A stretch of 64,000 nt of DNA, taken from contig NMRA01000145.1 of the NCBI GenBank assembly GCA_002633005.1, positions 467,441-531,440 on the forward strand, given 5' to 3'. Under the pieces are notes generated by a model. That model had not been told where the DNA came from. It saw only the letters and a program-made list of their open reading frames with translations, and made no database searches. Positions 11,741 through 23,218 of the stretch are shown one piece after another; the stretch's first letter is position 1, and every line of letters starts with the position of its first letter. Source of the stretch: Phoronis australis. Its lineage: Eukaryota > Animalia > Phoronida. The position numbers were made by a program, and so were the translations under genes.

Positions 11741-14644
11741 ATTTGTGCCCCCCTTGTAAGTTCCCCACTGGCCACACCCAGGGTGCAGACAACGGCAGAC
11801 GTCTATGAGGCATGTATACTGAGGTGGACTCTACGTGCTCCTATGGCCAGATGTTGGTCCCTCGTTCATCTATGCTAAGTGCTCTGGGTTGCCGGTCCAG
11901 TCGTTATCACCGAACGAGACGGCAGTTCAACTCGCACTCAATGCGTGCACGCGCTATTCTCAAATTTTCAATTTTAAGGTTTGTCAAACTCAACATACAT
12001 GTACGCCGAAGGGCTTTTTAATTGCTGATGATTTCAGTGTACATCTTAGAGATGATATTGTTTTTCTTCTGTCACCTTTATTTTCTCATGACGAGGGCCC
12101 TAAGCTATCTGAAGTACCAGGCCGCACGACTAATTTGAGGTAAATTTCTGTAATTCGGTTCTCGTAACTAAGTACTAAAAGGAAGAAATTAACCAATTTG
12201 AAAGTCAAAAATGCAATATATTCCCACGTGAAAAGCTTTCACAATAATCTAGTGAGCACTTATCGATTGCACACAATTAGCTTATGTGCGCTAAATGTGA
12301 TACGACAATTTACTTGTTCATTTTATGATTTTGCGCGTTTTTGTTTTGATTTTTGATTTTACGGCCGAAACCTTTCAGTTATATCTTCGTAATCAAGACT
12401 TCTTAAATTTTCCCTGTCTACGCACATACTACCTAACGCACATATTTTCTTGCAACTTCGCGGATGTCAATACACATTTTATTAGTTCAAAATGACCTTG
12501 ATCTAGAGCAATTAGTGTGTGTGTGACTCAAAAACATTCTCAACACAGATTCCCCGTTTGGGAACGCTGACTCAATTCAATCTTTGCAGATTATTTGCCA
12601 GAAATCCTTGAAATCGTTTTCAGGAGCCAACCCAGTCAAGGTTATTCTGCTTCACGTAAGCATAGGTTGTCGTTAAGTTCGGCTGGTTGTTACGTCATCA
12701 ATAATTCAACTGATTCCCGTAACTGAACTCCCGATGCGTTCAAGTAGACCAAAAACGAGAACTTGTCGGATATGTAACAGTACATAGCTTGAAAATGTGC
12801 ATGTGGCCTAATATCCTTTGCGGTGCATCAGAAGGGCGCAGGCCTCATGGTTGGGCCCATTGCACAAAACACCAGTGAGCTAAAACTCACGAGAGCCCTG
12901 TTATGGCGGATCAAGAAGTTCTTCGTAGAGGTCGTTTTCAAGTCTGCTGTCTTTTAAGAAAACGGACAAACATTTTCATTTGCTGCCAAGCACTGTATCC
13001 TGTAGGCATGTAGTGGTGTCATCCAGTAGCTTTCTCTTTAGTCTATATAAAAACTTGCTGGGCAAGACAGTACGTGTATACAGCTACTCGAATACTCAAA
13101 TTCACCTCCCGAGACTCAACTCGACAACTGTCCCGTATTTTTCTATTGGATGATCCGCATTGTTCTCACCGAGTTTTTCTTTACAAGATACTAAACCCTG
13201 TTTTGATGATTTCAGCAAGTTCTCGTTGTGTCACTTGCTTACCCACCATTGGTGTCAATCTTGAACGATAAAAGCAGGAATTAACTGAAAATTCATACTC
13301 CCTTCTTGGTAGGTGGTCTTTCCTCACAGTTGCCGTGTAAATCCCTAAAAGCGTAACAGATTTTGAAAGGAGTTTTTAAATTCTCCTTCAAACTTTCGAG
13401 GGTTGTTGTGAGTTACAGATGATTATTTTGTTTCAGAGAATTGGATGGAAAGTCGTTTTAATATCTGTTAATAGGCCAAAAGCGAGTTTGGTATCCCAAT
13501 TATGTTTGCTCAGATCTTAGGAGAGAGGGGGAGACAATTACCACCTGCCCCGACGTCTAACCTCGAACATGGTTCCATGTTCCAGTGATCTCACTCGCTG
13601 CAGTCACAGCTTTATTTTTGACACTGTTGTTTGTTACCACACTAGACTGTACTTTGGCAATTGCCCGCCCCTTCCCGATTGTCCGTCCGGTGAAAACTAA
13701 TCTTGTGAAAGAATGAAATTGTTTGCCCCTTCTTGTCAATCAAAAGATTGCGAATGACGTCACATTGAAATTTGCTGCTATTCGCAAATGCAAATCGGTG
13801 CAAATTGGATTTTCTTTTTCAGTCTTACAAACTGCAAATAGGACATTGAAATAAAAATTAATTTTCAATTTTCATCTTGCCAGCTTAAAATAGGATATCG
13901 AACAAAAATTAAAATTTTCCTTTTTCGTTTTGCGTATTGAAAATTGAATTAACGGAATGCACCGTGATTGATTAGGTTCCAAACCCTGTTTATTTCAAAC
14001 TAAAATAATATGACTTGGGACAGCTTTATTGAAACAAAGAAACTGGAAAGTATGCAAAATACCAGATGCACAATATTTTATATTCTGAAGAGACTGTGCT
14101 AACAAATGATTGGTCAAAATACACCTACTCAGTCTAAAAAATCTTACAATGTCGTTGTTACTTGTCATTTAATTGTTACTACAAGACACATGCGCGACAT
14201 TCATTCCAGATTGAAGTTGGACGTTTTTGGCTTTTGACACGTCGCTGCATGACTCTTAAGCGAATATGAATCCGCCTTCCATCACAAAAAACATCCAACT
14301 TGGTTTAGATCACTTACCATTGTAGGCGAAGTTATTCTTAAAAGTAGTCTTTAGTCAAATCGTAGGAGGTTTCAGGGCTCCTAAAGAAGTGACGGGTCAC
14401 TGTTGCGAGAGACCAGTTGAAGCTCTACAATCTGGCTTGCCGCGGAGCGCCTCTCACGGAATAACGAACAGTCAGTTGTTTGCAAACCCAGACATCACTT
14501 TCCATTTGAGTAACGAACAAAATGAGACAAATTTTACACTAGTGTCTGCCCAAATCAGAAGTCACTTCTGAGTTCGCCCTTGGACAGAATGCAATTTATA
14601 ATCGCTTTCAGTGTTCCTAACGCGTTTTACCAACATGCGTTATT

Positions 14645-16402
14645 TTAAAGAGCGTTGTCCTGGATGGTGAAACTTTCAAACTTTCTTTTAATTTCGTCTT
14701 TGAATTTATCTGATCCATCAGCTTCAATCGCTCTAAATGGATTTAAAACAAATGGAATGTCCTTACATCCAGGTAACTTTGCAGGAATTATGGTGTTACG
14801 TTCTCCTCTATCACACCTGACATTTATAATAGACGTCAGGGTATTGTAAGCTACAGAAGTGCCCGGGAAAAAATTATCACTACAGAAAACTAGGATACAA
14901 TGGCACATTTTTTCAAGTGCACACCATGTTTCGACAGTGTTATTCCCACATAATATATCTCGGTCAAGAAAGAAACACCGCAGATGCAGCTGCTTCTCCA
15001 AATCAGTAATTAAAGCGGTAATATGATCAACGTCTTCGTCATGGTAAACGACACCAAAATCGTGCTTTTCGCTATCATACTGCCCCCTAGCTAACTTTTG
15101 AGCTTTATTACTCATTTCTTTTGCGCTGTCTGGACATTCCATCTTTATATAAATTTTTGCCCACAACTCGTACAACTCACTGTCTAGATTTCCGCCATGC
15201 TGTTCAGACTTTTGACAACGTCCGATAGCGGCATTGGGATTACCTTTCATAAAATAAGCTTTGGCAAGTTCTCGTAAACAATACCACATATCAAACCCCT
15301 TTTCAATAGCAACTTCAAAACAACGTATGGCTTCGCTGAGTAAATGTGTTTTATCATTGGAGCTGCCTTGCGCACACACGTACTCATAATTCTTAAGAAA
15401 CCATTGCCCAAGCAAATTGTGACCATAACCACTTTCCCCATCCAGATCGACAGCTTGTCGCAAACATTTTTCAGCCTCAGGCATCCACGTCTTACCCATG
15501 TCCATGTATACTAGACCAGTTCGTCTTAGAATCATCGGTGCGTTTTTCAAAGTTGCTTTCTCATTAGCCTTTTTCATACAGCTTTGTACTGTGCAACCAG
15601 AAAATTCTTTTGGACATTCTAGGCCTTCAACGTCCCCCAGTCGTATGTATTTCTGCGGTCGATCGTATCTGGACATAAGTGATCCTATGAAACACCATGC
15701 CTTTGAAACCGTGTCTTTCCATAGCTCTTGTAGGGCGGAATTATCATCATTCGTGGTGGGGGTCGGCTGCTTTGAGATAACAATCCTGTAAAAGTATTCC
15801 ATTGATTTTTTGAAGTATTTATCCTGCGTCTTTCCATATGTATTATCCGTGTTGAGGCAAAAATATGCATAACCGAGAAACCATTCTACTTTGACGTCTT
15901 GGGGAACTTCTTCACAAAGTATTGCTTCCTGAAACAGGTCGTCGGCTACTTGAAAACCCCCAGTTTGCAGCTGAGCATTGACAGCTGACATAACACCCGC
16001 AAGTTCGTACTTAGCGTAAGCCTTACTTCTCTCTGCCAACGAATCGTTGGACAGGATATCCTGGATTTTCTTCTCGTACTCTCCAGCCTTTGAAGGAAGT
16101 TTCATTTGTTCATAAGTGAACAGTAGGTTGAGTAGGGCGTTTATACTAGAAGGTTGTTCTTTAAGAACGCCTTCGAACCATTCAACGGCTTTGTCGTTTT
16201 TACTGGCTTTAAAGTTCAAGTATCCCAGCAGGATCATAACAGTGTGTCTTCTAGCATACGGTTCACTTTCTATCTCCCTTGTATAACGGTTGAGGCACTT
16301 TTCAAACGAACCTTTCATGTTCTGTAGAAAACGGTTTGTGAAAAGGCTTTTTATGCCATCTTTACGCAATTGCTTCACCACGTCTCTGCCTTCAGTCATC
16401 AT
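14645..16402 (-). CDS. TPR-TIR paralog 2 (585 aa): TTC22/IFIT-like TPR repeats plus C-terminal TIR domain, intact
   Basis: Uninterrupted ORF. TPR motifs include ILLGYLNFKASKNDKAVEWFEGVLKEQPSSINALLNL, ILRRTGLVYMDMG...AEKCLRQAVDLD and CLRELAKAYFMKGNPNAAIGRC. TIR elements are box-1-like HDFGVVYHDED, box-2/BB loop RCFFLDRDILCG, betaC ILVFCSDNF and betaD TIIPAKL. The splice acceptor ttgcag lies 4 nt before ATGATG. Confidence 0.92.
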   Translation of the reverse strand: MMTEGRDVVKQLRKDGIKSLFTNRFLQNMKGSFEKCLNRYTREIESEPYARRHTVMILLGYLNFKASKNDKAVEWFEGVLKEQPSSINALLNLLFTYEQMKLPSKAGEYEKKIQDILSNDSLAERSKAYAKYELAGVMSAVNAQLQTGGFQVADDLFQEAILCEEVPQDVKVEWFLGYAYFCLNTDNTYGKTQDKYFKKSMEYFYRIVISKQPTPTTNDDNSALQELWKDTVSKAWCFIGSLMSRYDRPQKYIRLGDVEGLECPKEFSGCTVQSCMKKANEKATLKNAPMILRRTGLVYMDMGKTWMPEAEKCLRQAVDLDGESGYGHNLLGQWFLKNYEYVCAQGSSNDKTHLLSEAIRCFEVAIEKGFDMWYCLRELAKAYFMKGNPNAAIGRCQKSEQHGGNLDSELYELWAKIYIKMECPDSAKEMSNKAQKLARGQYDSEKHDFGVVYHDEDVDHITALITDLEKQLHLRCFFLDRDILCGNNTVETWCALEKMCHCILVFCSDNFFPGTSVAYNTLTSIINVRCDRGERNTIIPAKLPGCKDIPFVLNPFRAIEADGSDKFKDEIKRKFESFTIQDNAL

Positions 16403-17199
16403 GAATCTGCAATATTGAAAGGAATTTTTTTATGCAAAATAAAAGAAACACCCTGTCGTGTAGATGGAATTGCATGTCTTTCTGTCTCATAAACGAGAAT
16501 GAAACAGCCCGTCCGACATATGTTCTAAACAATACACCATAGCTGGTACATCTGTAGCTAAAAAGTTACACGTTAACCGGGAAACGGTCAGTTTGATGGT
16601 ATTAGGTCTGTTGTCGCTTATAAACGTAACCATTTTGCGATTGGTTAAACCTTGAAAAATGTTGTCATCACATACTTTGAAATTTCCACAACACGATGAT
16701 TTAGGTTGTACATTCACAAAATTCGAATACACAAAGCTGACTTCTGAATCAACAATGTTGCATGAGAGAACTATTTCAGTTCTTTCAAAAGCTGTCCACG
16801 AGCGCGTTCGTATACTAACTAGCACTCACACATGTAGGCCCGTACGAAATGCCAAAGCATAGTTCAACCTGGTCTTTAAGTTTGAATGTACAAAGCCTTT
16901 AATCATAATACATAGTTAAGTATTTCGGCCAGGGTCCCTTTGATGCATTATTTAATGTCAAGTGTTAAAATAATTTGACGGCTTATAATTCGAACACATG
17001 GAAAACATCGTTTTTGTCTTTGCTTTTACTAATTATCCCAATTTCTTTGAAACTTACTTCGGCATAAATCACTGTGCGACTGTAGATCCGTTTAATTACC
17101 TCCCCTGTGGGAATACCCTCCAGGTCTGCCATAACCTCACCCCGCATGTCTATGGTCCTTGAAAATTATTAGCATATTTGTACCATTGAAAACTGAGGG

Positions 17200-17960
17200 A
17201 CGGACGCCAAAAACAGACTCGAAAACAAAAAAATGGCCACTAGGTGGCGCAAAGTATGAATCCATCGAAAACGAGAGGATAGCGTCATCTCACTAATAGA
17301 TGTCTATGTGCCAAATTTTATGGAAATCCGTTGAGGACCTTTGAAGATACAGAGGTAAACGTAAAAAACTAAAACTGCCACTAGGGGGCACACCGGTACA
17401 CTGACCTGTTCGAAAGTCGTCGTCGTCCGTTGCCAACTTCATATAAATACATTTGCTAAATTTAATAGAGATCCTGTAGAACGTTTAGGAGATACAGCCA
17501 TGGGCGCAAAACAAACAAAACTGCCACTAGGAGGCGCCACTGTAGTCGAAAATCGTCAACTGTCTTCTTCATAGTAAGAACACACATGCTAATTTTCACA
17601 ATCATCCTTAAAGTGGTTTGGTTGTTAGACGGGCGGACGCCAAAAAAAAACGACTCGAAAACAGTAAAAACTGCCACTAGATGGCGTAAAATGCCTCGAA
17701 TCCATCCGAAAACGAGAGGGTAGCGTCAACTCATTAAAAGATTCCTATGTGCCAAATTTCACAAAAATCGGTTGCGGACCTTTGAAGATACAGAGGCAAG
17801 CGTACAAAACTAAAATTGCCACTAGGGGGCACAGTGGTATTCGGGTCGGTCCGAAACTCGTCGCCCTCTGTCGTCAACCCCATTGGAACACACTTGCCAA
17901 ATTTCAATAACACCCTGCAAGGGGTTTAGGAGATACAGCCGCGGACGCCGGAGGCCCAGA
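17200..17960. repeat. Interspersed repeat with ~440-bp higher-order duplication and ~145-bp subunits, each carrying CCACTAGRDGGCRY
   Basis: Motif copies at 17237, 17378, 17524, 17674 and 17819. Segments such as GGACGCCAAAAA..GACTCGAAAAC, CGAAAACGAG..TAGCGTCA and GGACCTTTGAAGATACAGAGG recur about 440 bp apart. An inverted relative is at ~49225-49515. Confidence 0.85.
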
Positions 17961-19409
17961 CAGGGATGACGGCAATATGCGACCACATACAAATATTTGG
18001 GCGCATAAAAATGGGTATACCATCTTTTTCCGAAATTAATGAAAAACGTATACAATTTCAGCGGTACGTCCTCACTTTTTCACTCGGAATGCTTCAGTAA
18101 CAAAAGGAAATGTGGCCACACGTTAAATAACAATACTTCATTTGTCAATTTAAAATGACGATTTTGCAACAAGCGACCACGGGCACGTCAAACTGGTAGT
18201 GGAAGTGAAACGGACTTACGTGCAATATTGCCTCTCGCAGCAAAAGGCCAATACAGTAGTAATAATATTGAACAGAGCGCCAATTTGTACTGGGATTGTT
18301 CATAGTTGTCATGGAATGGCTCTTGCGCTAACGCCTACTCTTTTGAAATAAAGACAATAAAACTTAAATGTTCTTTTACTTTTACCCTGGCATCTACATG
18401 ACCGCTGTACATACAGCACAGAAACCAAATTAACTTCATTCTGTTACCGTTTGAAGTACCAAAAGCATCAAAACAGCCACTGAATTAAACACCGCATGTT
18501 CAAAGTTTGAGAACGATTAACTGAACATTACGGTGGCACTCAATAGTTTTTTGAACCACAGTAACCNCCCCCCCCCCAACTTCATAAAAAATCTCGCCTG
18601 CTGAACTGGTCGGGTATTTTGAGATTTACTCCATGTGTTGTTGGCTACAAATGGCTTTTGTTAAAAACATGCAGTTGCCCCCTAGATCTACTTTCTCGTA
18701 ACCGTGACTGTTCCTAAACACAGGGTCTAGCACTTCCTGATGGCTGGAAATTCAGGTACCCCACAGACTTTTCAGGTTAGCAAAAACGGTCTGGTCGACC
18801 CCCATTGACTACACAACGTTTGGAATATGGAGTTATGGAATGTGTCTAGTAGTCGCATGCGAGTTGTGGTGTTGGGCTGAAAACCACCACTTTTGTGTAT
18901 CTGCTTGTTTTTCGTCATAGCCGCCTAGAACCGCAAAAGACACGTAATGTAAAGAAGATTTATGCATGGTCAATACATGTATACGTTGTGTATTATGTGG
19001 TTTTGTTTTTGAAAAGTTAACTTGCTTTCCCTCCGTTGACCCTAATTATTAACTTCAATTCAAAACCGAAGTGTTCCCATTGACTGAAACTTCGCTAATA
19101 TCGAACCTTGGGAGCCAGTGGGAAAAGTCTCTTAATGACTGAAACAATTTATGGACAGCATGTGTACCTAAGGTAACAGACGAGCGTCAAAAGCTAGTTT
19201 CCTGAGATGAAAAAGACAGATATTGGCGAAAAAAGCTGGTAATATAGAATTGAAGGACAAAGATTAAGAATGAAAATGATAGTTAAACGGAGATAACAAA
19301 GGACAGTTTCTTTACACTTGCAGTTTAAAAATGTGAATTATGAAGCAGGGGGAATAACTCTCATCTACTTATATTGATTATTCATTATAGTGACATGGAT
19401 GCATCACAG

Positions 19410-20075
19410 AATACAATACAATACAATACAATACAATACAATACAAAAAATTGCCTTTATGTACAACATATCCCAGCCTCTTGGACTTGTATTAAGTTAC
19501 CTTATACCACTAACACCCAAACAGTTACACAAAATATAGACTGCTCTAAGTAATCTAGTGCCCTAATGAAAAACCTCGCATGAGGTTCTGGATAGCTTCG
19601 AAACAAGTTTAGAAAGGAGGATGACTTGGAAACACCGTTCTTAAACTTTTATAAGTGGGGCAAGCAAAAATAAGATGCATTTCATCTTCGATTAAATTTT
19701 GGCTACCTGTTTTGCAGAATCTTTCATTTAATGGAGATCTGAAAACCACCTCTAATAGCAAAATTCCTGACCTTGACTCTGCTAACACAGATCTTGATGC
19801 AGCGGAACAAATGCATAGCTTTCAATACAGTATTCTGGCTTGAATGTCTTACAGAACGTAATAGGTTTCGAGCCAACCAAATCTTTCCAAGCTCTTTCCT
19901 CTTCTTAAAAACATGAATAACCAAAATATTTTCATATATATGGTGGTCTCAAAAATTTGAGGTATGTGGGCCTCTGCCATCAAAACGAGTTTAAGAGTTC
20001 CCGAGCTACAATGAAGCGACCAGAGTTGGAGTGAATAACACTGGTGTCGAAATTGATAACGTTTTGACAGTGCCC
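19410..20075 (-). mobile_element. 3' end of a non-LTR retrotransposon (CR1/RTE-X-like), decayed, with (TGTAT)n tail
   Basis: Minus-strand translation gives SRSGILLLEVV...ERFCKTGSQNLIEDEMHLIFACPTYKSLR, the C-terminal 'C..C...EDE.H...CP.Y..LR' motif of LINE ORF2. A pentanucleotide microsatellite tail follows at 19410-19446. Confidence 0.8.
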
Positions 20076-20080
20076 TCAAT

Positions 20081-20189
20081 CAGTGACGGATTGGGAGGAG
20101 GGGGGGGGGGGGNATGTCTGACAGGCAAAATCCTGGCTAATTCTCTGCCCTGCCCCCCACCCCAAATCAAAATCCTGGAGATGCCCTTG
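20081..20189. mobile_element. Short non-autonomous element (CAGTG...), same family as 32572-32732
   Basis: Shares TCTGACAGGCAAAATCCTGG..AAT..CTCTGCCCTG.CCC and CAAAATCCTGGA with 32572-32732. Confidence 0.65.
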
Positions 20190-22955
20190 TCAGCAGTCTT
20201 TAACCCATTTAAACCCACGATGAAAATCAGTTTCTATTACGAAATTGAACGGCCCGAGACATATTTTGGTTGTACTAAAATTGACCCATTTACCATCATT
20301 ACATTCTTAAATGCTCTCGTGAGGCACTGCAAATGATATGCGTTCGTATAGGCCTTCTCGCTAAAGTGATATCGGCTAGCTGTGATGTTTTATGTGAATT
20401 GGCAAAAGCACAAAAGGTATGTTTAAGTAAGTCTTGATAGACAATGTACTCGTGATGGACAATTATTTGTGTACACTATACTCACTCATCCCCTATCATG
20501 AGAAAATTTACCTGGTCTCTAGCTACAGCAGTACAGCTCTCGGACTGCTGTTATGTTTATAACTTATAAAGTTTCAACTTACCGACCCCCTGTTATCACT
20601 GCTAGTAGTAAGTAAACATAGGAACTTAACACCCAGCCTAATATTCTGTACACGTACACGCTATAAATGAAATTTTATAAGATACTTAAAGACTTTTCGT
20701 TAAAATATTCAAAAACAGCACAAAAACAGTATATGAGAAGACATCGATTTCTTCTACATCCAATATTTATGATTTTACAAAATAATAAGTTGATGTGAAG
20801 GTGGTGTATGAATACAAAACTTGTAGTAGTTTTCATTACAGGCTTTGATGTTTTATTACAAGCTTTTCAGTTTCATTCTTGCACTTTCGAGAACGTCATG
20901 ATATTCTCGTAATAGTGGATATAATAGTTTTACAGCTATATCATATAATGAGAACTGTTTCAGTTTCTCAATTTCATGTCCAAGTGCAAGTTGGTTAAGC
21001 AGACGTCACTGGTGTCATCCATTTAAATGAACACCTGTGAGTATAACAAGACACAAAAATGTCAGTCTTTAATAAAGTTGGCAACTGTTGCCAAGAGAAT
21101 CTTTGACAATATCAACCTAAATAAGCAATCGTGTTTATTCATTATTTATAGTTTTTCATTTGGATGTGTAAACTAAAAATGGTCACTACAATGAATTTAA
21201 CCACAGTAAACTAATTCTCCATTTTCGTACCAGTATTAAAAGAAACACTCTGAACAAGATTACTGTACACTTTATATGCATCCCAAAATGAGACTGAAGC
21301 TAACCAAGGTGACCTTACAGCGTAGAAATACGCTGATGTCAAAATTTTATAAACTGTTCTTTTTTCATGGTAGAGTGCAAGCTCTAAATCCATTTGACAA
21401 TTCAAGGCGTTTCATTGCAACCATCATCATTGTGTTCGATCCCAGAATATGTTTTGGCTATATATATTCAGTCAAACGTTCCACATATGCTTGGTTAACA
21501 ATACTGAAGTGAACAGGACAAACACACAGTTGAGCCATATGGCCGTAATTGTGTATTGGTTCAGTTCCTAGAATCCCATGTAAAGCAGTCTGTACACTGC
21601 ATGTCCCTTTTTATTCCATTTGTTGTGATAGTAGTCTGTACCCTATTACTACCTTTTTGTTCTATTTGTTGTGATAGTGTGGGTTGTGACCTACAACCAC
21701 TTCAGATAGAAACTGAGACTGATTCATATGTGACAGTGGAGATAAAACCAGGAAAAATAGATGGGGAACTTCAGTCCCAAGACAGCACCAAAATACCCCA
21801 CCAACACGTAAAGCTCCGTCATTAAGAGAACAGAAAATAGCTATGCATGTACTCAGGGTACCTATACAGGGTGCGTGTTCTAAATCATCCAGGGTATTTG
21901 ATTTATTTTCCCTAGTTAATGGATTGAAGACGACGAAAAGTAAATTTAGCTGTAAACAACAGTTTGCCTACCGGTACGTGAAACTTAATTCTTTCTCAAG
22001 GAGATCTTATCACTCACAGAGAAGAGGATCAGATGATGGCAAAAAAGTAACGCCAAATGAGGTCCACGCTATCATGACAGGAAATGGTGGCAAATCCCAA
22101 AGAATTATATCCAATCTCACTAAGTCTTGATCAGCTATAAAATGGCACTTTTGTTTAATTCTTATAACAGCAAATCAAAGTATCCCTGGTTTTCAAAGTG
22201 GCAGTCCCAGGTGGCCATCTGGTTGTTTCCTACTCTTTTATTTTAGATTATGTTGCAGGGAACACGCCTAAAATCTGAAAAGCTACATTTCTCTGAAACA
22301 AGCTGAACTCTGAAGTTTTTGAAGAGCTTTTTATAAAAGAAAACAATTTGGCTATGGGAAAAAGTTCATTTCACTAATAAAATTCACTGAATGGACTAAA
22401 CAGAAAGGAAAGGTCAAAATTCCAACTGCTAAACACTTTATCAACTTATGAATAATGAGAACAAAAATTAATAATTTACAGGCGACATTTAAAAATCTTG
22501 TTATTGAAGAAAAAGAAGAATACTCCACTCTATATGAAACGTGAACAACTCAGATTATTCAAGCCAAAAATAAGTTCCTCGGTTATTCGGACGTAAAGTC
22601 ACATATAGGTCAGATTCTTCTGCATTTTCATCAAAATTGTAATTTTGTCATAATTGTTCATTTGTTTGGCTTTGTTTTGGTCTATTGGTCTGCCTGTCAT
22701 CGCTCAAAAATCACCCAGACCCTGTGTTGGTGCCAGGAATGACATGGTTTTCAAATTGGTCTTGTTATCTCTTAGTTTACTAAGTTGTCTCTTAATTGAA
22801 TCATTGTTCACTTTGGATTTACTTTTATATTAGCACAGCAAAAGATTTCAGATATGTTTCTGTCAACTAGCTTTGTTTTCTGTCGAGTAACTTCTGTGGC
22901 CCATCCAGCCTGAGTATCCATGTAATGTCAGAACTGCTCTTTTCTGTAGTAAACA

Positions 22956-23029
22956 TGTTGATGTCGTAGACCAAGAAGGTCACCCGTCCAAACGTGGTCG
23001 GGTGACCTACTTGGTCTACAACTTCGACA
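22956..23029. repeat. 74-bp near-perfect hairpin (inverted repeat, 4-nt loop AACG)
   Basis: GTAGACCAAGAAGGTCACCCGTCCA pairs with TGGTCGGGTGACCTACTTGGTCTAC (2 mismatches) and extends imperfectly 10 bp outward. Confidence 0.85.
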
Positions 23030-23218
23030 CATTGCCCATTCGAAGAAGCATTGCTTGCAAGCGACAGGATGATCATTAACATACATGTATGTTGCAGAAA
23101 CAGCGGTAGTTGCTTTCTGTATGTCAGGGCACAAGTGATTTCGATTCAATAAAGTGCCGCTGAATGAAAGCGAGGTCTTAACATATTCTATCTATCCCCG
23201 TTTACATGACCCAAACAC

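Noticed and set aside
12500-13260. Minus-strand region upstream of paralog 1 with short matches (CTCGGGA..., CAGCAAGTTT) to duplication blocks A/B
   Set aside because: The matches are too short and the spacing is inconsistent; homology cannot be supported by eye.
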